Shown here in pieces: positions 14,068 to 24,239 of a stretch of DNA of 30,869 bases; positions within the stretch are counted from its first letter, which is position 1; every line of letters begins with the position of its first letter. The translations under genes were made by a program, and so were the position numbers. The stretch comes from Thermoanaerobaculia bacterium (GTDB lineage: Bacteria; Acidobacteriota; Thermoanaerobaculia; UBA5066; Gp7-AA6): positions 1-30,869 of the forward strand of contig DASQJK010000176.1 in NCBI GenBank assembly GCA_035631095.1, given 5' to 3'. Below the pieces are notes generated by a model that worked only from the letters and a program-made list of their open reading frames with translations, was not told where the DNA came from and did not search any database.

Positions 14068-17000
14068 TCAGCTGACCGCTTCGGCGAGGTCCGCGACTTC
14101 GTTCTCGGCCTCGATGTCTCGCTCCGCGGCGCCGTGGCGCTTGGCGACGAGGACGTAGATCGACGGAACGACGAACAGCGTAAACATCGTGCCGATGATC
14201 ATCCCCGTGACGAGCATGATGCCGATGCTGTTTCGGGCTCCCGCTCCGGGGCCGCGCGCGAACACGAGCGGCATGTGGCCCATGACCGTGGCGGCCGTCG
14301 TCATGAGGACGGGCCGCAGCCGCGTCGCCGCCGCCTCGATGACCGCCTGCACCTTGTCGCGTCCTTCCACCTGCAGGTGGTTGGCGAATTCGACGATCAG
14401 GATGCCGTTCTTGGCGATCAGTCCGACGAGCGTGATCAACCCGACCTGGCTGTATATGTTCAGGGTGGTGAAGCCGAGAAACGAGAAGAGAAGCGACCCG
14501 GAGAGCGCGAGCGGCACGGAACCGACCAGGATGATGAAGGGATCCCGGAAGCTCTCGAACTGCGCGGCGAGAACGAGGTAGATGAGGATGGCCGAGAGAA
14601 GGAACGTTCCGAGGAACTTCCCGCCCTCGGTACGGACCTGCCTGGACTCGCCGGCGTAATCGATGATGAAGCCCTGGGGCAGGATCTTCTTCGCCTCATT
14701 CTCGAGATACGAGAGCGCCGTGACGAGCGAGACTCCCGGCGGGATGACTCCCTGGATCCGGACGGCGTTCAGCTGCTGGAAGCGCTTGAGCTCCCGCGGT
14801 TCCGTCGTCGTCTTGAGCGTGGCGAAGGTCGACAGCGGAACGAGCTTGTCGTTGGACCCGCGCACGTAGATCTGCGACAGCTGATCGGGTGTCAGCCGCT
14901 CCGACCGCTTGACCTGCGGAATGACCTTGTAGCTGCGGCCCTGCACACTGAACCGGTTCACGTAGTTTCCGCCGAGCAGCGTCGAGAGGTCCTTGCCCGC
15001 CTGCGCGAGGTCGACGCCCTGCGAGCGAAGCTTGTCGCGGTCGAAGACCACTTCCGTCTGGGGCTGGTCGTACTTCAAATCCGAGTCCGCGTAGATGAAG
15101 AGCCCGCTCTGAAAAGCCTTGCCAACGAGCTGGTTCGCGAAATCCGCGAGCTGCTGCGGGTCCGCAGTCGAGGAGATGACGAAGTCGACGGGAAAGCTGC
15201 CGCTGCCCGGCAGCGCGGGAGGCACCAGGGGAATCACCCGGATCCCGGGGATCTTCGAGACGCCGCCCGCGACGAGCAGCTGCAGCTGCTGCGTGCTCCG
15301 CTTCCTCTCGTCCCACGGCTTCGTGACCATGCCCGAGAACCCGCCCGTGGGGAAGGTGATCTGGAAGGTCGCCTGTGTTTCGGGGAACGACTGAAACACG
15401 TCGTTGACCTGCTTCGTGAACAGCTTCGTCTGATCGAGCGTCGCGTTGGGGGCGGCCTGGACGATGCCGAACACGACGCTCTGGTCCTCCGTCGGCGCCA
15501 GCTCCTTCTGTGAAAACATGTAGAACGGCACGATCAGCAGCGTGACGATCCCCCAGAGGACGAACACCACGGCCCGGTAGTTGAGCGTGCTCGTCAGCAT
15601 CTTCGTGTAACGCCGCCGCACCGAATCGAACCGGCGGTTGACGAACCCGGCGAAACCCTTTTCGGTGTCCCCCTCGCGGAGCAGCTTCGAGCTCATCATC
15701 GGCGAGAGCGTCAAGGCCACGACGCCGGACACGATCACGGCGCCGGCGAGCGTGAAGGCGAACTCCCGGAACAGCGCCCCCGTCAAGCCGCCCTGCAGGC
15801 CGATCGGAGCGTAGACGGCGGCGAGTGTAATCGTCATCGCGATGATCGGCCCGCGCAGCTCCCGCGCCGCGGCGATCGCCGCCTGGAACGGCTTCTGACC
15901 CATGTGGAGGTGCCGTTCGACGTTCTCGACCATGACGATGGCGTCGTCGACGACGAGACCGACGGAGAGCACGATCGCCAGCAGCGTGAGCAGGTTGATC
16001 GTGAAGCCCGCGATCAGCATGAGGAACACCGCGCCGATGAGCGAGATCGGTATCGCAACCACCGGAATGAGGACCGACCGGAAAGACCCCAGGAAAAGAA
16101 AGATCACGATGATGACGATGACGAGCGTCTCCGTCAGCGTCTTCAGGACCTCGCTGATGGCCTTGTCGATGTAGAGAGTCGAATCGTAGGGGATTCCCGA
16201 CGTCATGCCCGCAGGGAGCTGCGCCTGGACCTCTTTCAGCTCCTGCCGCACGCTCTTCACGACGTCGAGCGAGTTCGCCGTGGGCAGGACCCAGATTCCC
16301 ATGAAGGTCGCCGTCTGCCCGTTGAACCGGACCTCCTGGTTGTAGTCCTCCGCCCCGAGGACCACGTCGGCGATCTCCGACAGCCGGACGACGTTGCCCT
16401 TGTCTTCCTTCACGACGAGCTGCTTGAAATCCTCGACCGTCTGTAGGCTCGTGTTCGCCACGAGGTTTACGGAGACCATCGATCCCTTGGTGCTGCCGAG
16501 CGCCGACAGATAGTTGTTGTTGCCGAGCAGGTCGCGCACCTGCGAGGGCGAGATTCCGAGCGCGGCCATCTTCTCGGGCTTCAGCCACACGCGCATCGCG
16601 AATACGCGCGCGCCGAGGATGTCGGCCCGCTGCACGCCGGAGACGGCCGAGAGCTTCGGCTGGACGACGCGGGTCAGGTAGTCGGTGATCTGGTTCTGGT
16701 CGAGGTCCTTCGACGCGAAGCCGATGTACATCGCGGCGAACTGCGAGTCCGCCGTCTGAAGATCGATGACCGGGGCCTGGGCTTCCGGAGGAAGGTCGTT
16801 CTTCACCTGGGCGACCTTCGCCTGGAGCTGCGTCAGGGCGGCGTTGGCGTCGTAGTTCAACTTCAGGTGGACGGTGATCGTGCTGATGCCCTGCGCGCTC
16901 GAGGACTCCATGTAGTCGATGCCGTCGGCGCTCGCGATCACGCGCTCGAGCGGCGTCGTGATGAATCCGCGCACGAGGTCGGCGTTGGCGCCGACGTACA

Positions 17001-17148
17001 CCGTGGAGATCTGAACGACGGCGGTGTCGCTGCGGGGGTACTGGCGGACCGAGAGCGACCGGATCGACTGAACCCCCGCGATCAGGATCACGAGGTTGAC
17101 GACGATCGCGAGGACCGGCCGCTTGATGAAGAGATCGGTGAGTTTCAT
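14068..17148 (-). CDS. RND efflux permease (AcrB/AcrD/AcrF family, MexI/MexW-like; 1026 aa)
   Basis: FIKRPVLA, GLVVDDAIVMVEN, KNGILIVEFA, RLRPVLMTT proton-relay motifs; full length. Confidence 0.96.
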   Translation of the reverse strand: MKLTDLFIKRPVLAIVVNLVILIAGVQSIRSLSVRQYPRSDTAVVQISTVYVGANADLVRGFITTPLERVIASADGIDYMESSSAQGISTITVHLKLNYDANAALTQLQAKVAQVKNDLPPEAQAPVIDLQTADSQFAAMYIGFASKDLDQNQITDYLTRVVQPKLSAVSGVQRADILGARVFAMRVWLKPEKMAALGISPSQVRDLLGNNNYLSALGSTKGSMVSVNLVANTSLQTVEDFKQLVVKEDKGNVVRLSEIADVVLGAEDYNQEVRFNGQTATFMGIWVLPTANSLDVVKSVRQELKEVQAQLPAGMTSGIPYDSTLYIDKAISEVLKTLTETLVIVIIVIFLFLGSFRSVLIPVVAIPISLIGAVFLMLIAGFTINLLTLLAIVLSVGLVVDDAIVMVENVERHLHMGQKPFQAAIAAARELRGPIIAMTITLAAVYAPIGLQGGLTGALFREFAFTLAGAVIVSGVVALTLSPMMSSKLLREGDTEKGFAGFVNRRFDSVRRRYTKMLTSTLNYRAVVFVLWGIVTLLIVPFYMFSQKELAPTEDQSVVFGIVQAAPNATLDQTKLFTKQVNDVFQSFPETQATFQITFPTGGFSGMVTKPWDERKRSTQQLQLLVAGGVSKIPGIRVIPLVPPALPGSGSFPVDFVISSTADPQQLADFANQLVGKAFQSGLFIYADSDLKYDQPQTEVVFDRDKLRSQGVDLAQAGKDLSTLLGGNYVNRFSVQGRSYKVIPQVKRSERLTPDQLSQIYVRGSNDKLVPLSTFATLKTTTEPRELKRFQQLNAVRIQGVIPPGVSLVTALSYLENEAKKILPQGFIIDYAGESRQVRTEGGKFLGTFLLSAILIYLVLAAQFESFRDPFIILVGSVPLALSGSLLFSFLGFTTLNIYSQVGLITLVGLIAKNGILIVEFANHLQVEGRDKVQAVIEAAATRLRPVLMTTAATVMGHMPLVFARGPGAGARNSIGIMLVTGMIIGTMFTLFVVPSIYVLVAKRHGAAERDIEAENEVADLAEAVS

Positions 17149-18276
17149 TTAGCTGTCCTCGGGCTTGGGCGCCGGGTTGTTGCCGGGCTGGACCGTGTTG
17201 TTGACCTTGACGGCGGCCCCGTTGCGAAGCTTGAAGGCGCCCGAGGTGGCGACCGTCTCGCCCGGCTTGATCCCCGATAGCACCGCCACCTGGTCTCCGC
17301 GGGAAGTCCCGAGCTTGACGAACTGCTGGCGCACTCCGAGGTACTTGTCGCCCTTGGGCCCCGTCATCTCCTCGACGACGAAGACCGCATCGCCGTACGG
17401 CGCGTACTTGATGGCTGACGTGGGAATGGTGACGACGGTCTGGCCCGAACCGAGGCCCACGTTGGCTCTCACGAACATGCCCGGCCGCAGCTTGCCGTCG
17501 GCGTTCGTGAAGGTCGCCTGCACCTGGGCATTTCGAGTGGCCTCGTTGATGACCGCGTCGACTGCGGTGACCCGTCCCTCCTCGGCGATCCCGGTGGCGC
17601 CCTCGGCCGTCACGCGGATCGGCGATCCGACCTTGAGCGGTCCGAGCTCCTGCTGGGGAACGGAGAAGTTCACGTAAACCGGCCGGATCGACTGAAGGGA
17701 AACCACGGGGGCTCCGCCTTCGAGATACTGGCCGAGGTTGATCTGACGGATCCCGAGGACGCCCGCAAACGGGGCCCGGATCGTCTTGCGCTGGATCGTC
17801 GCGCGGATCTCTCCCGCCTTAGCCTCGGCCTGTTTCTGCTCGGCCGCGATCCGGTCGAGGTCCGCCTGCGCCTGGATCCCCTGCTGGACGAGTCCTTTCG
17901 CCCGCTTCAGGTTCAGCTCCGCGAGATCGCGGGCGGCTTCCGCGGCCGCGAGCTGGGCCTGCTCCTGCTTCGTGTCGAGGCGGACGAGGACGGAGCCGGC
18001 GGGAACGGACTGTCCCGACTGGAAGAGGATCTTTTCGACGATCCCCGGCAGGTCGGCGCTGACGGTGACCCCTTGAACGGCCGTCACCGACCCGATGGCG
18101 TTCCAGGTCGCGGGCCAGTCCTCGCGCTTCGCGACGACCGTCGTGACCGCTTCGGGAGGCGGCTGAAAAGCCGCCTGCTGCTTCATTCCCGTCTTGATCT
18201 GCCGCGTCTTGACTGCCGCGATCGTGGCGATGAAGACCGCGACGATGACGAGCATCAGAATCATCCGCTTTTTCAT
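17149..18276 (-). CDS. RND periplasmic adaptor / membrane fusion protein (375 aa)
   Basis: V.ADLPG.V.KI.F.SGQ.V..G..LV.LD lipoyl-like half, IRAPFAGVLG, LRPGMF. Start placed at ATG 18276 with a GGAGGAAGGG SD. Confidence 0.94.
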   Translation of the reverse strand: MKKRMILMLVIVAVFIATIAAVKTRQIKTGMKQQAAFQPPPEAVTTVVAKREDWPATWNAIGSVTAVQGVTVSADLPGIVEKILFQSGQSVPAGSVLVRLDTKQEQAQLAAAEAARDLAELNLKRAKGLVQQGIQAQADLDRIAAEQKQAEAKAGEIRATIQRKTIRAPFAGVLGIRQINLGQYLEGGAPVVSLQSIRPVYVNFSVPQQELGPLKVGSPIRVTAEGATGIAEEGRVTAVDAVINEATRNAQVQATFTNADGKLRPGMFVRANVGLGSGQTVVTIPTSAIKYAPYGDAVFVVEEMTGPKGDKYLGVRQQFVKLGTSRGDQVAVLSGIKPGETVATSGAFKLRNGAAVKVNNTVQPGNNPAPKPEDS

Positions 18277-18348
18277 CGAAATCCCTTCCTCCGTTGTCCG
18301 CCACCCCGCCGGGAAGGGGGGCTGCGGCCACATGTGCTGGGGCCTCCT

Positions 18349-18376
18349 AGCCTATCAACCGCGCGCGAAGAGGCAA
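18349..18376 (-). promoter_or_regulatory. sigma70-type promoter candidate for the RND operon
   Basis: Minus strand TTGCCT-N16-TAGGCT with an extended -10 (TGaTAGGCT). Confidence 0.5.
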
Positions 18377-18435
18377 GGTTGCGGGAAGAGGAACCGGCAC
18401 CTAGATCTGTACGCAGGAAAACGCGCGGAGATTCA

Positions 18436-18482
18436 CCGGATTCCCGTTCGGAGGACTCCGAATTTACGGAGCAAAAATCCGG
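18436..18482. other. Imperfect nested hairpin downstream of the 18513 stop; possible terminator or processing site
   Basis: CCGGATT...TTCGGA-GGAC-TCCGAA...AATCCGG; no clear U-tract on the minus strand. Confidence 0.3.
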
Positions 18483-18512
18483 AATGTAAGGAGCGACTGA
18501 AGTTGCGTGCGC

Positions 18513-18725
18513 CTATCGGCCCTCGGCCCGGCGGCCGCGGCCGAAAAGCAGGTAACCGGCGACGGGAGTCGTCAGCGCCCCCACGGCGAGAAGGATCCCG
18601 CCGGCCCTGCGCCGGTCGCGGCCGCTCAACCGTCCGCCCGCGAGAATCCCGATCCCGGCGGCCAGGGCTGCGCGGGTGGCCACGATGAAGCCGAACTCCC
18701 GGAACGACAGATCGACTCTCTTCAC
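18513..18725 (-). CDS. Small membrane protein (70 aa, two hydrophobic segments)
   Basis: AAGGAGGAG SD; GTGA overlap with the VOC gene stop; FIVATRAALAAGIGILAG and GGILLAVGALTTPV segments. Confidence 0.75.
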   Translation of the reverse strand: MKRVDLSFREFGFIVATRAALAAGIGILAGGRLSGRDRRRAGGILLAVGALTTPVAGYLLFGRGRRAEGR

Positions 18726-19135
18726 GACGTCTCCTCCTTTGTACCCGATCCGGCCGCTACCGGCACCTCGCTCATGAGGGCGTGCACGTTGCGGTCGGGG
18801 TCCCGAAAAAACGCCATCCAGATCTCCCGGTCGCCGAGCGTCGCGATCTTGTGCGGCGGCGTCACGGTTTCCACCCCGTGCGCGCGCAGCCGGGCGTGCT
18901 GCTCGGGCAGATCCGAAACGCTGAAGTAGAAGACGGAGCTCGGATGATCGAACTCTGGATCGGTGACGACGTCGAGAAGGATCCGGACCCCGCCGCAGTC
19001 GAAGAAAGCGAGGTTGGGAACGCGGAACAGGAACTGGAGCCCGAGCACGTCGCGGTAGAAGGCGACCGCGCGGTCCAGCTCGTGCACGCGAATGCCCGCC
19101 TGGCCGATCCGTTCGATCTTCAGCGCGTCTGGCAT
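18722..19135 (-). CDS. VOC/glyoxalase superfamily protein (137 aa)
   Basis: IGQAGIRVHELDRAVAFYRDVLGL, WMAFFRDPDRN..ALM. Confidence 0.9.
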   Translation of the reverse strand: MPDALKIERIGQAGIRVHELDRAVAFYRDVLGLQFLFRVPNLAFFDCGGVRILLDVVTDPEFDHPSSVFYFSVSDLPEQHARLRAHGVETVTPPHKIATLGDREIWMAFFRDPDRNVHALMSEVPVAAGSGTKEETS

Positions 19136-19171
19136 GCCGGTCTTCCCGAATCCCGCCCGATCACCCGTGGA

Positions 19172-20413
19172 TCATAGGCCCGGCAACTCCTCCATGCGAA
19201 GAAGCCGCCCGATCAGCACGGCGGCGCGGGCCGTGGAGGGCGCGAGGGAACCGAGGTCCATCGTCTCGGAAGGGCTGTGCTCCCCCACCCCGCTCACGCC
19301 GAGGCCGTCTATCCCGGGAATCGCCGCGCCAATGAAGTTCATGTCTCCGAACCCGCGCGAGGCGGGGTCGTCGGCTGCGGCGGGACCCTGCCCCAGGTCG
19401 CGGCTGACCGCGTCGACGACCGCGAGGAGCCTGCGATTTCCCTCGGTGGCGGGCCAGCCCGGCGCCAGGTTCTCGAATTCGAGGCGGGAACCGGTCCGGG
19501 GCAGGCTGGCCGCCGCGATCGCGCGCATGCGTTCCTTCGCCTCCTCGCGCTCCGTGTCGGACACGAACCTCAGGTCTCCCCGAACGCAGGCGCGCGGCGC
19601 GACGATGTTGAACTTGCCGGCGGCCGAGCCGCTGCCGGCCGCGGGGTCGTACTCGACGCGGGTTCCTCCGAGGGCGATCCCCGGGTTGACGGTCACGGTC
19701 GGGTGCCCGGAGAAAGCCTGCCGGAACCCGTCGAGAGCTCGTGCGGTCTCGTAAACGGCTCCCGCGCCGAGCGCCGGCCGGAGGATCGACGCGGAGTGGC
19801 CCTGAGCGCCCGACACCTCGAGCGACCACTTCGTCAGGCCGCGCCGTCCAATGGCGATCCGTCCCGAGTCGGTCTCGAACGAGAGCACGACGTCGCTCTC
19901 CGCCGCCGCGCGAATGAGCTCGCCGCGGGACACCTCACCGGGCAGCGCGGGATTCTCCTCGTCGCCGGTCAGGATCACCCGGACCGCCGCGCGCTCGAGC
20001 GCTCCCGCCGAATGCAGGGCCTGCAGGGCGAAGACGATCGCGACGTCGCCGCCTTTCATGTCCGTGATTCCGGCGCCGCGCGCCTGCTCCCCCGTCCTCG
20101 CGAAGCGATGGCCGGCTCCTTCGAAAACGGTATCCAGGTGACCGAGGAGAAGCACCCGCATACCGCGGCGTTCCGGCGCCGGCCGCTCCGCGACCAGGTG
20201 ACCCGCGCGGCCCATGGACGACGGCAGGTCGGCCCACCGCGTGGAGAACCCGAGAAGGCCGAGCTCCCGCGCGAAACGGCCGCCGACCTCGCGGACTCCC
20301 GCCAGATTCAGGGTTCCGCTGTCGAGGTCGACCACCTCGCGGAGAAAAGCGATCTCCTCGTCGAGCCGGCTCTCGACCGCGCGGACGAGCTCCCGTTCTG
20401 CCTGATCGAGCAT
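19172..20413 (-). CDS. M20/M25/M40 metallohydrolase (glutamate carboxypeptidase/ArgE-like; 413 aa)
   Basis: LLGHLDTVF, G.TDMKGG, GDEE, SFE and EHSPSE zinc-ligand motifs. Confidence 0.9.
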   Translation of the reverse strand: MLDQAERELVRAVESRLDEEIAFLREVVDLDSGTLNLAGVREVGGRFARELGLLGFSTRWADLPSSMGRAGHLVAERPAPERRGMRVLLLGHLDTVFEGAGHRFARTGEQARGAGITDMKGGDVAIVFALQALHSAGALERAAVRVILTGDEENPALPGEVSRGELIRAAAESDVVLSFETDSGRIAIGRRGLTKWSLEVSGAQGHSASILRPALGAGAVYETARALDGFRQAFSGHPTVTVNPGIALGGTRVEYDPAAGSGSAAGKFNIVAPRACVRGDLRFVSDTEREEAKERMRAIAAASLPRTGSRLEFENLAPGWPATEGNRRLLAVVDAVSRDLGQGPAAADDPASRGFGDMNFIGAAIPGIDGLGVSGVGEHSPSETMDLGSLAPSTARAAVLIGRLLRMEELPGL

Positions 20414-20430
20414 GCTCCTCCCCGCCCGCG

Positions 20431-22038
20431 TCAGCCGCTCACGGGTCCGCGGAAGCGCCGCTTCGCGGAGCCTTCCCAGTACAAAGTGAGTGCCAGACAG
20501 ACGGCCAGCATCGTCCAGAGCACGAGCTCATTGGGGGGAAGACAGAAAACGACGGCGATGAAGCCGACCCAGAGCACAGCCACGCCATTCAGGATCGGCG
20601 CGAAGCGGCCGGGGCTCCACGCGGCGTTCTCGGGAGTCGCGAACTCGCCGCGCCGCCGGAGCCGGTTCCTCAAATTGAGGAGGATGGGGATGCCGTATGC
20701 GAGATAGAGAGCGATCGTGCTGATCGACGTGACGACGGGCACGCCCGCCGCGTAGACGCAGATCGCCACCGCCAGCGTCGCGGTGACGAGGATCGCGGGC
20801 ACGGGAGTCCGCAGGCGGGGGTGGATCTTCCTCAGAAACCCGGACCCCGGCATCCCGCCATCGCGCGCAAACGCGTACCACATGCGCCCCATCGAGGTGA
20901 TCGACGAAAGACCGCACAGCCACATCGCCCCGCCGATGACGACGGCGACGACGTTCGCGAGAGCGCGCGGCAGGTTGTGGTCCACGATGTAGAGAACCGG
21001 GTACGGATCCGCCGCGGTCTTCGCGACGTCCCCGCCCGGGATGCACCACGTGAGGACGACGAGCAGGATCCAGCCGAACGCGGCGGACACGGCGACGGAG
21101 AGAAAGACCCCCCATGCCGAGTTCTTGCGCGCCATCACGGTTTCCTCCGCCACATGCGCCGACGCGTCGAAGCCCGTGTAGGTCCACTGCGCCTGGAGGA
21201 GGCCCAGGACGAATGCGAGCGCGAACGGGCCCGCCGCGTACAGTCCGGTGAGCGAGGGGAACAGAGCGAACAGCGGGGAACGGAACGCGTGGTCACCCAC
21301 GAGAACGGCGGGCGCGACGCGGCCGTCGTCGAGCTTCGCGGAGGAGGCTTCGAGCGGCGTCACGACGGGAGCGAACCGAGTCAGGAAATCCGCGCGGTTG
21401 TGCTGCGTCCCGAGGAAGACGAGCAGCAGCACGATGAGCGCCCCTCCCGCGATGTGCCACCAGACGCTGAAGTCGTTCAGCTTCGAGGTCAGCCGGATTC
21501 CGAAGACGTTGATCGCGACCTGCGGGATCAGGATCACCACCATGACGAAGAGCTGGAACCCCCAGCTCGTCACGGCTCCGAAGAGCGGCACTCGCGCATC
21601 GGGCGGCAATCCGAGGAGACGCGTTGCCGTCCCGATCAGGTAGATCGCCGCGGCAATGTCGATTCCGGCGGTAATCGTGACCTGCCCGATCATGTTGAAC
21701 CACGCGGTCGTCCACGCCCAGCCGCGGCCGCCGAGTCGAAACGCCCAGAAGTACAGGCCGCCCGCCGTCGGGTAGAGCGACGCGAGCTCGGCCATGCTGG
21801 CGGCGACGGCGAGCGTGAAGAGACTCACGACCGGCCACCCGGCAGTATTGATGATCGGCCCGGCGAGCTTCAGCCCGTAGCCGAAGAGAAGGACCGCCCC
21901 CGTCAGCACCGAGATGACGGAGAAGCTGATCGCGAAGTTGGAAAACCCGCCCATCTCGCGCAACAGCTGCTGCGCGTAGCCCAGACGGGAAAGATCCTCC
22001 TCGTCGCTGCGGAGAACCTCTTCTCGAGTGGGTGTCAT
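20431..22038 (-). CDS. APC-superfamily amino acid/amine permease (GABA/choline ACT-like; 535 aa)
   Basis: LGYAQQLLRE...FSNFAISFSVISVLTG, MAELASLYPTAGGLY, YTGFDASAHVAEET; about 12 hydrophobic segments. Confidence 0.92.
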   Translation of the reverse strand: MTPTREEVLRSDEEDLSRLGYAQQLLREMGGFSNFAISFSVISVLTGAVLLFGYGLKLAGPIINTAGWPVVSLFTLAVAASMAELASLYPTAGGLYFWAFRLGGRGWAWTTAWFNMIGQVTITAGIDIAAAIYLIGTATRLLGLPPDARVPLFGAVTSWGFQLFVMVVILIPQVAINVFGIRLTSKLNDFSVWWHIAGGALIVLLLVFLGTQHNRADFLTRFAPVVTPLEASSAKLDDGRVAPAVLVGDHAFRSPLFALFPSLTGLYAAGPFALAFVLGLLQAQWTYTGFDASAHVAEETVMARKNSAWGVFLSVAVSAAFGWILLVVLTWCIPGGDVAKTAADPYPVLYIVDHNLPRALANVVAVVIGGAMWLCGLSSITSMGRMWYAFARDGGMPGSGFLRKIHPRLRTPVPAILVTATLAVAICVYAAGVPVVTSISTIALYLAYGIPILLNLRNRLRRRGEFATPENAAWSPGRFAPILNGVAVLWVGFIAVVFCLPPNELVLWTMLAVCLALTLYWEGSAKRRFRGPVSG

Positions 22039-22059
22039 TCGCCGTCAGACTGCGAGCGT

Positions 22060-22833
22060 CTACTCGGGTGTCACGTACGCGGCCGTGATCCCGCCGTCCA
22101 CCGTGAACGTCGCTCCGTTCACGTAGGAGGACTCGTCTGACGCGAGAAAGAGCGCCGCCTGCGCGATCTCCGTGGGCTTTGCGAGGCGGCCCGGCGGGAT
22201 GTGGACGAGACGGCGAGCCTTGCGCGCGGGGTCCGACATGAGCTCCTGAAGGAGGGGCGTGTCCACCGGGCCGGGGCAGAGCGCGTTCGCACGGATTCCC
22301 TTTCGGGCGAATTCGACGGCGATCTCGCGTGTCATCGAGAGAACGCCTCCCTTGCTCGCGGTGTACGCGATCTGCGGCGTCGCGGCGCCCATCAGCGCTA
22401 CGAACGACGCCGTGTTGACGATGCTCCCGCCGCCCGCGCGGAGCATCGCGGGGATCGCGTACTTGCAGCCGAAGAAGACACCCTTGAGATTCACCCGCAT
22501 GACGAGATCCCAGGTCTCCTCGTCGGTGTCGACCACGGAACCGTCGCGGTCCGGGAAGATCCCCGCGTTGTTGAAGAGAACGTCGAGCCGCCCCCAGGTC
22601 ATCTCCGCGGCGAGCACCATCGCCTCGGCGTCCTTCGCGGTCGAGACGTCCGCGTGAAAGAAGAGCGCCTTGCCTCCTCCGGCTTCGATCTCGGCTGTGA
22701 CCGCACGGCCCGCCGTGTCGTTGACCTCGGCCACGACGACCCGGGCGCCCTCGCGGGCGAAGAGGAGCGCGGACTCACGGCCGATGCCGCTTCCCGCCCC
22801 CGTGATGATGGCCACCTTGTTTTCGAGCCTCAT
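22060..22833 (-). CDS. Short-chain dehydrogenase/reductase (257 aa)
   Basis: TGAGSGIG, NNAG, catalytic YTASK. Confidence 0.95.
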   Translation of the reverse strand: MRLENKVAIITGAGSGIGRESALLFAREGARVVVAEVNDTAGRAVTAEIEAGGGKALFFHADVSTAKDAEAMVLAAEMTWGRLDVLFNNAGIFPDRDGSVVDTDEETWDLVMRVNLKGVFFGCKYAIPAMLRAGGGSIVNTASFVALMGAATPQIAYTASKGGVLSMTREIAVEFARKGIRANALCPGPVDTPLLQELMSDPARKARRLVHIPPGRLAKPTEIAQAALFLASDESSYVNGATFTVDGGITAAYVTPE

Positions 22834-22842
22834 GGACGGACC

Positions 22843-24237
22843 TCAACCTCTCTCGAAAAAACGGGCGCGTTCCCAGCTCGTGACCGCCTCGTCGAACTTC
22901 CGCTGCTCGGTCCGGAGGAAATGCAGGTAGTGCGAGACGACCTCCTCGCCGAAGGCCTCCTTCGCCAGCCCGCTTTCTTCGAGGAGCGCGATCCCGTCAC
23001 GGAGATTGCCTGGGACGCGAGGCAGGGACTTCGCCGCATAGACGTCGCCGCGGAACGGCGCCGGCGGCTCGACTCTCCGCTCGATTCCCGCGAGACCGGC
23101 GGCGAGCGTCGCGGCCCACGCGATGTAGGGATTGGCGTCGGCGCCCGGGATACGGCACTCGATCCGGAGCGATTCTCCGCCGCCGACGACGCGGATGCCC
23201 GCCGTCCGGTTGTCGACGCTCCACGCGATCGTGGTCGGCGCGAAGGACGCGCTCTGGAAGCGCTTGTAGGAATTGACGGACGGCGCCCAGAGCGCCGTGA
23301 ATTCCGCCGCGTGCGCCAGAAGCCCTCCGAGAAAGAATCGGAAGGTCTCGGAGCCGGGTGCCTCGGGGGCGCCGCCGCGTCCGCCGGCGAATGCGTTCTT
23401 CTTTCCCGTTGGGTCCCAGAGCGAGAGATGCTGATGGAGGCCGCTTCCCGCGTAGCGTTCGTCCCACTTCGCCATGAAGGTCACGGCGAGCCCCTTCTGG
23501 TGGGCGATCTCCTTCGCGGCGTGCTTGGTGACCACGTTGCGGTCGGCCTGCTCGACGAGCTCGCAGTACTCGACGTTCAGCTCCTGCTGCCCGGGACCCC
23601 ACTCGCCCTTGCTGCCCTCCATGGGGATCCCGCTCTTCTCGAGCGCGCGGACGAGCTCGCCGACGACCGGCTCCTCCCGCGTGCCCTGGAGGAGGTGGTA
23701 GTCCTCGATGTACCCGCCGAAGGGAGCGAGATCGGTCCAGCGCTTCGCGCGGGCGGAGTCGTACGTCTCGCGGAAGAGGTAGAGCTCGAGCTCGGCGCCG
23801 CCCCGCGGGAGAAGCCCCATCTTCGCCGCGCGCTCCACCTGGCGCCTGAGGATCCGGCGCGGGGCGACCTCCACCGGCGCGCCCTCTTCGGTCACCGCGT
23901 CGCAGAGGACGAGCGCGGTCTTCGGCAGCCACGCGGCGAGACAGAGAGTGGTCCAGTCCGGCACGCACCGGATGTCCCCGTACCCGCTCTCCCAGCTGGT
24001 GAACGCGTAGCCGGGGACGGGGTCCATCTCCATGTCACAGGCGAGCACGTAGTCGCACGCGTGCCAGCCGTGCTCCGCCACCTGCTCCGCGAAGAACCGG
24101 CCGGTCAGACGCTTGCCCAGCAGGCGCCCGTACCAGTCGGGGAGCGCGACGAGTACCGTTTCGACGGCGCCGTCCCGGATCGCGGAGAGAAGCTCCTCGC
24201 GGGTGAGGCGTCCGGGAAGCGCGCGATCTCGATCCAT
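22843..24237 (-). CDS. Glutamine synthetase-like gamma-glutamyl-amine ligase (GlnA4/PuuA-like; 464 aa)
   Basis: GEWGPGQQE, FMAK...GSGLHQH.SL, DNRT, RIECR.PGADANPY. The position of the GSI flap Glu (GYEAP) reads ASFAP. DMEMDPVPGY..TSWE.GYGD resembles actinobacterial GlnA4 as I recall it. Confidence 0.88.
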   Translation of the reverse strand: MDRDRALPGRLTREELLSAIRDGAVETVLVALPDWYGRLLGKRLTGRFFAEQVAEHGWHACDYVLACDMEMDPVPGYAFTSWESGYGDIRCVPDWTTLCLAAWLPKTALVLCDAVTEEGAPVEVAPRRILRRQVERAAKMGLLPRGGAELELYLFRETYDSARAKRWTDLAPFGGYIEDYHLLQGTREEPVVGELVRALEKSGIPMEGSKGEWGPGQQELNVEYCELVEQADRNVVTKHAAKEIAHQKGLAVTFMAKWDERYAGSGLHQHLSLWDPTGKKNAFAGGRGGAPEAPGSETFRFFLGGLLAHAAEFTALWAPSVNSYKRFQSASFAPTTIAWSVDNRTAGIRVVGGGESLRIECRIPGADANPYIAWAATLAAGLAGIERRVEPPAPFRGDVYAAKSLPRVPGNLRDGIALLEESGLAKEAFGEEVVSHYLHFLRTEQRKFDEAVTSWERARFFERG

Positions 24238-24239
24238 CG

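Noticed and set aside
14068-18276. RND pair without an outer-membrane factor or local regulator
   Set aside because: Common; TolC-type partners are often encoded elsewhere.
18277-18348. Upstream in-frame ATG 18333 with AGGAGG for the RND adaptor
   Set aside because: That AGGAGG lies between the predicted -10 box and the start site, so it would not be transcribed. ATG 18276 has its own SD and gives a typical N-terminal anchor.
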